Shown in pieces: positions 62,101-64,000 of a stretch of 64,000 bases of DNA (within the stretch, counting starts at the first letter, position 1; every line of letters begins with the position of its first letter). The position numbers were made by a program, and so were the translations under genes. The notes under the pieces are model-generated. The model was given only the letters and a program-made list of their open reading frames with translations, had not been told where the DNA came from and did not search any database. The stretch comes from Iphione sp. A-MEVVRFRX5 (Eukaryota): positions 159,278,001-159,342,000 of the forward strand of contig OZ320313.1 in assembly GCA_976226885.1 (NCBI GenBank), read 5' to 3'.

Positions 62101-64000
62101 AAATATCACATACAAAAGTCTTCAGGATAGGGCTTCAAATAAGTAGACTTCGTTGATATGACTATATCATGTAAAATCTTGCCAAATGGGCCATTATAAT
62201 TATTCAAAGAACTTAGATTTGACAAATTGCATCTGAAAAACAGCTACGTCATGTAAATTCTTTTGAGAGAGAGTCAACTTGTTCCACAACTTTGTCCCAG
62301 AGTACCAGAAACTGGATATATATAGGGTCATCCGGCGGGGCCTTTTCAGCGTAATAGTGCGGGCTGGTGTAATTGACATCGTTTTGTGGATTTTCCCCCT
62401 GATCTGGTTTAAACCCCTTGGCTCATTTACTGAAAATGGGACGATCAGGGTTGCTTTCTACAAAACCATTCATGTGGGGAGCTCGAGAGTAACTAGAATG
62501 GCTTCTTTCTCCTCGGATTTCAGGCAGTGAGTCGCTCGATTCCACAGATCTATCAGCGTTTCACCATTGTCTTAAAAGCGAAGCTATATGCAATCAAAAA
62601 AGTCAATCTGTTTTCCCTTTATCACGCGATCAAGTCCACGAGATAATGGCAGTCTGATGAAGTACTGTATGTGGCAGTGACACTACTTGGTAGCTTTTAT
62701 TCGTGGTCACATCGCTGCTTGACCGAACGGTTATACATATGTGCTGACTAATATACATATCGCCCGCAGCTAATTGGGCCAGCCTCTCTCTCTCTCTGAA
62801 GAAGTCTTTCTTGTCAATAGATATAAAGACCTAATACGATCAGAAGACACGATATATGCCATCCAGGCGGAGAGCGGTAACAGTAGCCCTTTTAGTTCCA
62901 TGGCTTTTCCCCCCCCTGGCTTGCACCAAGAAGAAGGAGAGGCTGGGAGATCTAGTCGCACTGGAGCAGGATTAGCCGCGTCGACTTGTGATTAGCCCCT
63001 TTATGAATGGCACATCAGATCGTGCTAGGATTACCGCCAACTAATTACATGACTTACTCGAGACTGATGGCGCCCTGAGATTAAATTTGAATGAAACGGG
63101 AGATAGGATCGTAATCGCCATTTTGATTCATGCGCTCAAGGAAGGATTGAAAACGATGGGGGAGGGATGGATCGTCCTGGATATCCTTACCTGATAGTTG
63201 CTGATGGATAGAAATGCACTTGTAACACGGACGAATGGAGTGTCCCTTTGAATATTTGTAGGACTGATACCAATATTCAAGCGCATCTAACTGAATGAAG
63301 GCTTTCCCTTCTAAAAGATTATTGATATTTTAACGGTAACTAAGTAGCCTCATTAGTAAAAGTGATTTCCTCAGACACCACCAAAATGATTACATGTTGT
63401 TGGAGAGCAATACATATTGCTTTAAGCTACTTTGATATAGACAGATGTTTTGAATAAAATTATTTGTATCTGTATCTGGTTGCCCTGCATCTAATATAAT
63501 TTCTTATGGGAACAAATAAATATGCATGTTTAGGATACCTCCGTAAAAGGAAGTATCACCTACGTAGTTACATCAGACTGCGAAACTAACTACACCGTCT
63601 CCATATCTTATCAGTTATTCATATCTTAGGACCGACGCTTTATTAATACAGCCTTACAGGTGTAGGCATTACCCTAATCATCTACATACAGTCGGGACTC
63701 ATATCCGCACAATCAGCATTTGGACATAGTTCGGATATTGGGTCCTGAATGTACATGTAGTATATGCTCAACATGCGCTCAGTTTTCAATATTTGTATTA
63801 GCATAAAAAATATGTTTACAAATAAGAAGGCTGATTGGCCTGTAGCCTTTACTCTCAGGAGCAATTTACGAGAGTAAAGTTACTATGTGGCTCTAACCAT
63901 ATATATTTCTAGTTTAGGTAATAGCACAGTAGATTTGATACAAGCTTGTTATATATCGTTCCTGTTGAATTAGACTTGCTAGTTAACTGTCAGCATGTTA

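Overview
Eukaryotic (metazoan) genomic DNA with GT-AG introns, microsatellites and decayed transposons. It is not prokaryotic, and I found no CRISPR, rRNA or intact tRNA. A lophotrochozoan invertebrate such as a mollusc is my inference, from the two-Ig protein style and TACATGTA enrichment. Three genes can be assembled by hand with matching splice phases. (1) The 3' part of an unidentified + strand adaptor-like gene (exons 659-749, 1275-1361, 2661-3152, 3639-3760, possibly others) encodes Tyr/PxxP motifs, a formin-FH1-like polyproline tract and a WH2-like C-terminus; it has two further candidate 3' ends, each with AATAAA overlapping the stop. (2) An apparently complete - strand ankyrin-repeat/SOCS-box (ASB-family) gene (12100-12122, 10609-11183, 8000-9036; 544 aa) has an overlapping uORF and a candidate poison exon. 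(3) A partial - strand two-Ig-domain cell-surface gene of the zig-8/Dpr/lachesin type (32785-32998, 23430-23714) has an ambiguous hydrophobic tail; its 5' exons were not found. The rest is intronic or intergenic: two related TA-flanked MITEs, a solo LTR, a decayed LINE reverse transcriptase, CpG/GA-rich islands and several hairpins. Most ORF-track entries are shadow frames or noise. No clear-cut novel system is demonstrable from sequence alone; the best leads are the RNA-processing architecture of gene 1 and the alternative tails of gene 3. All gene models are manual and need RNA-seq confirmation.
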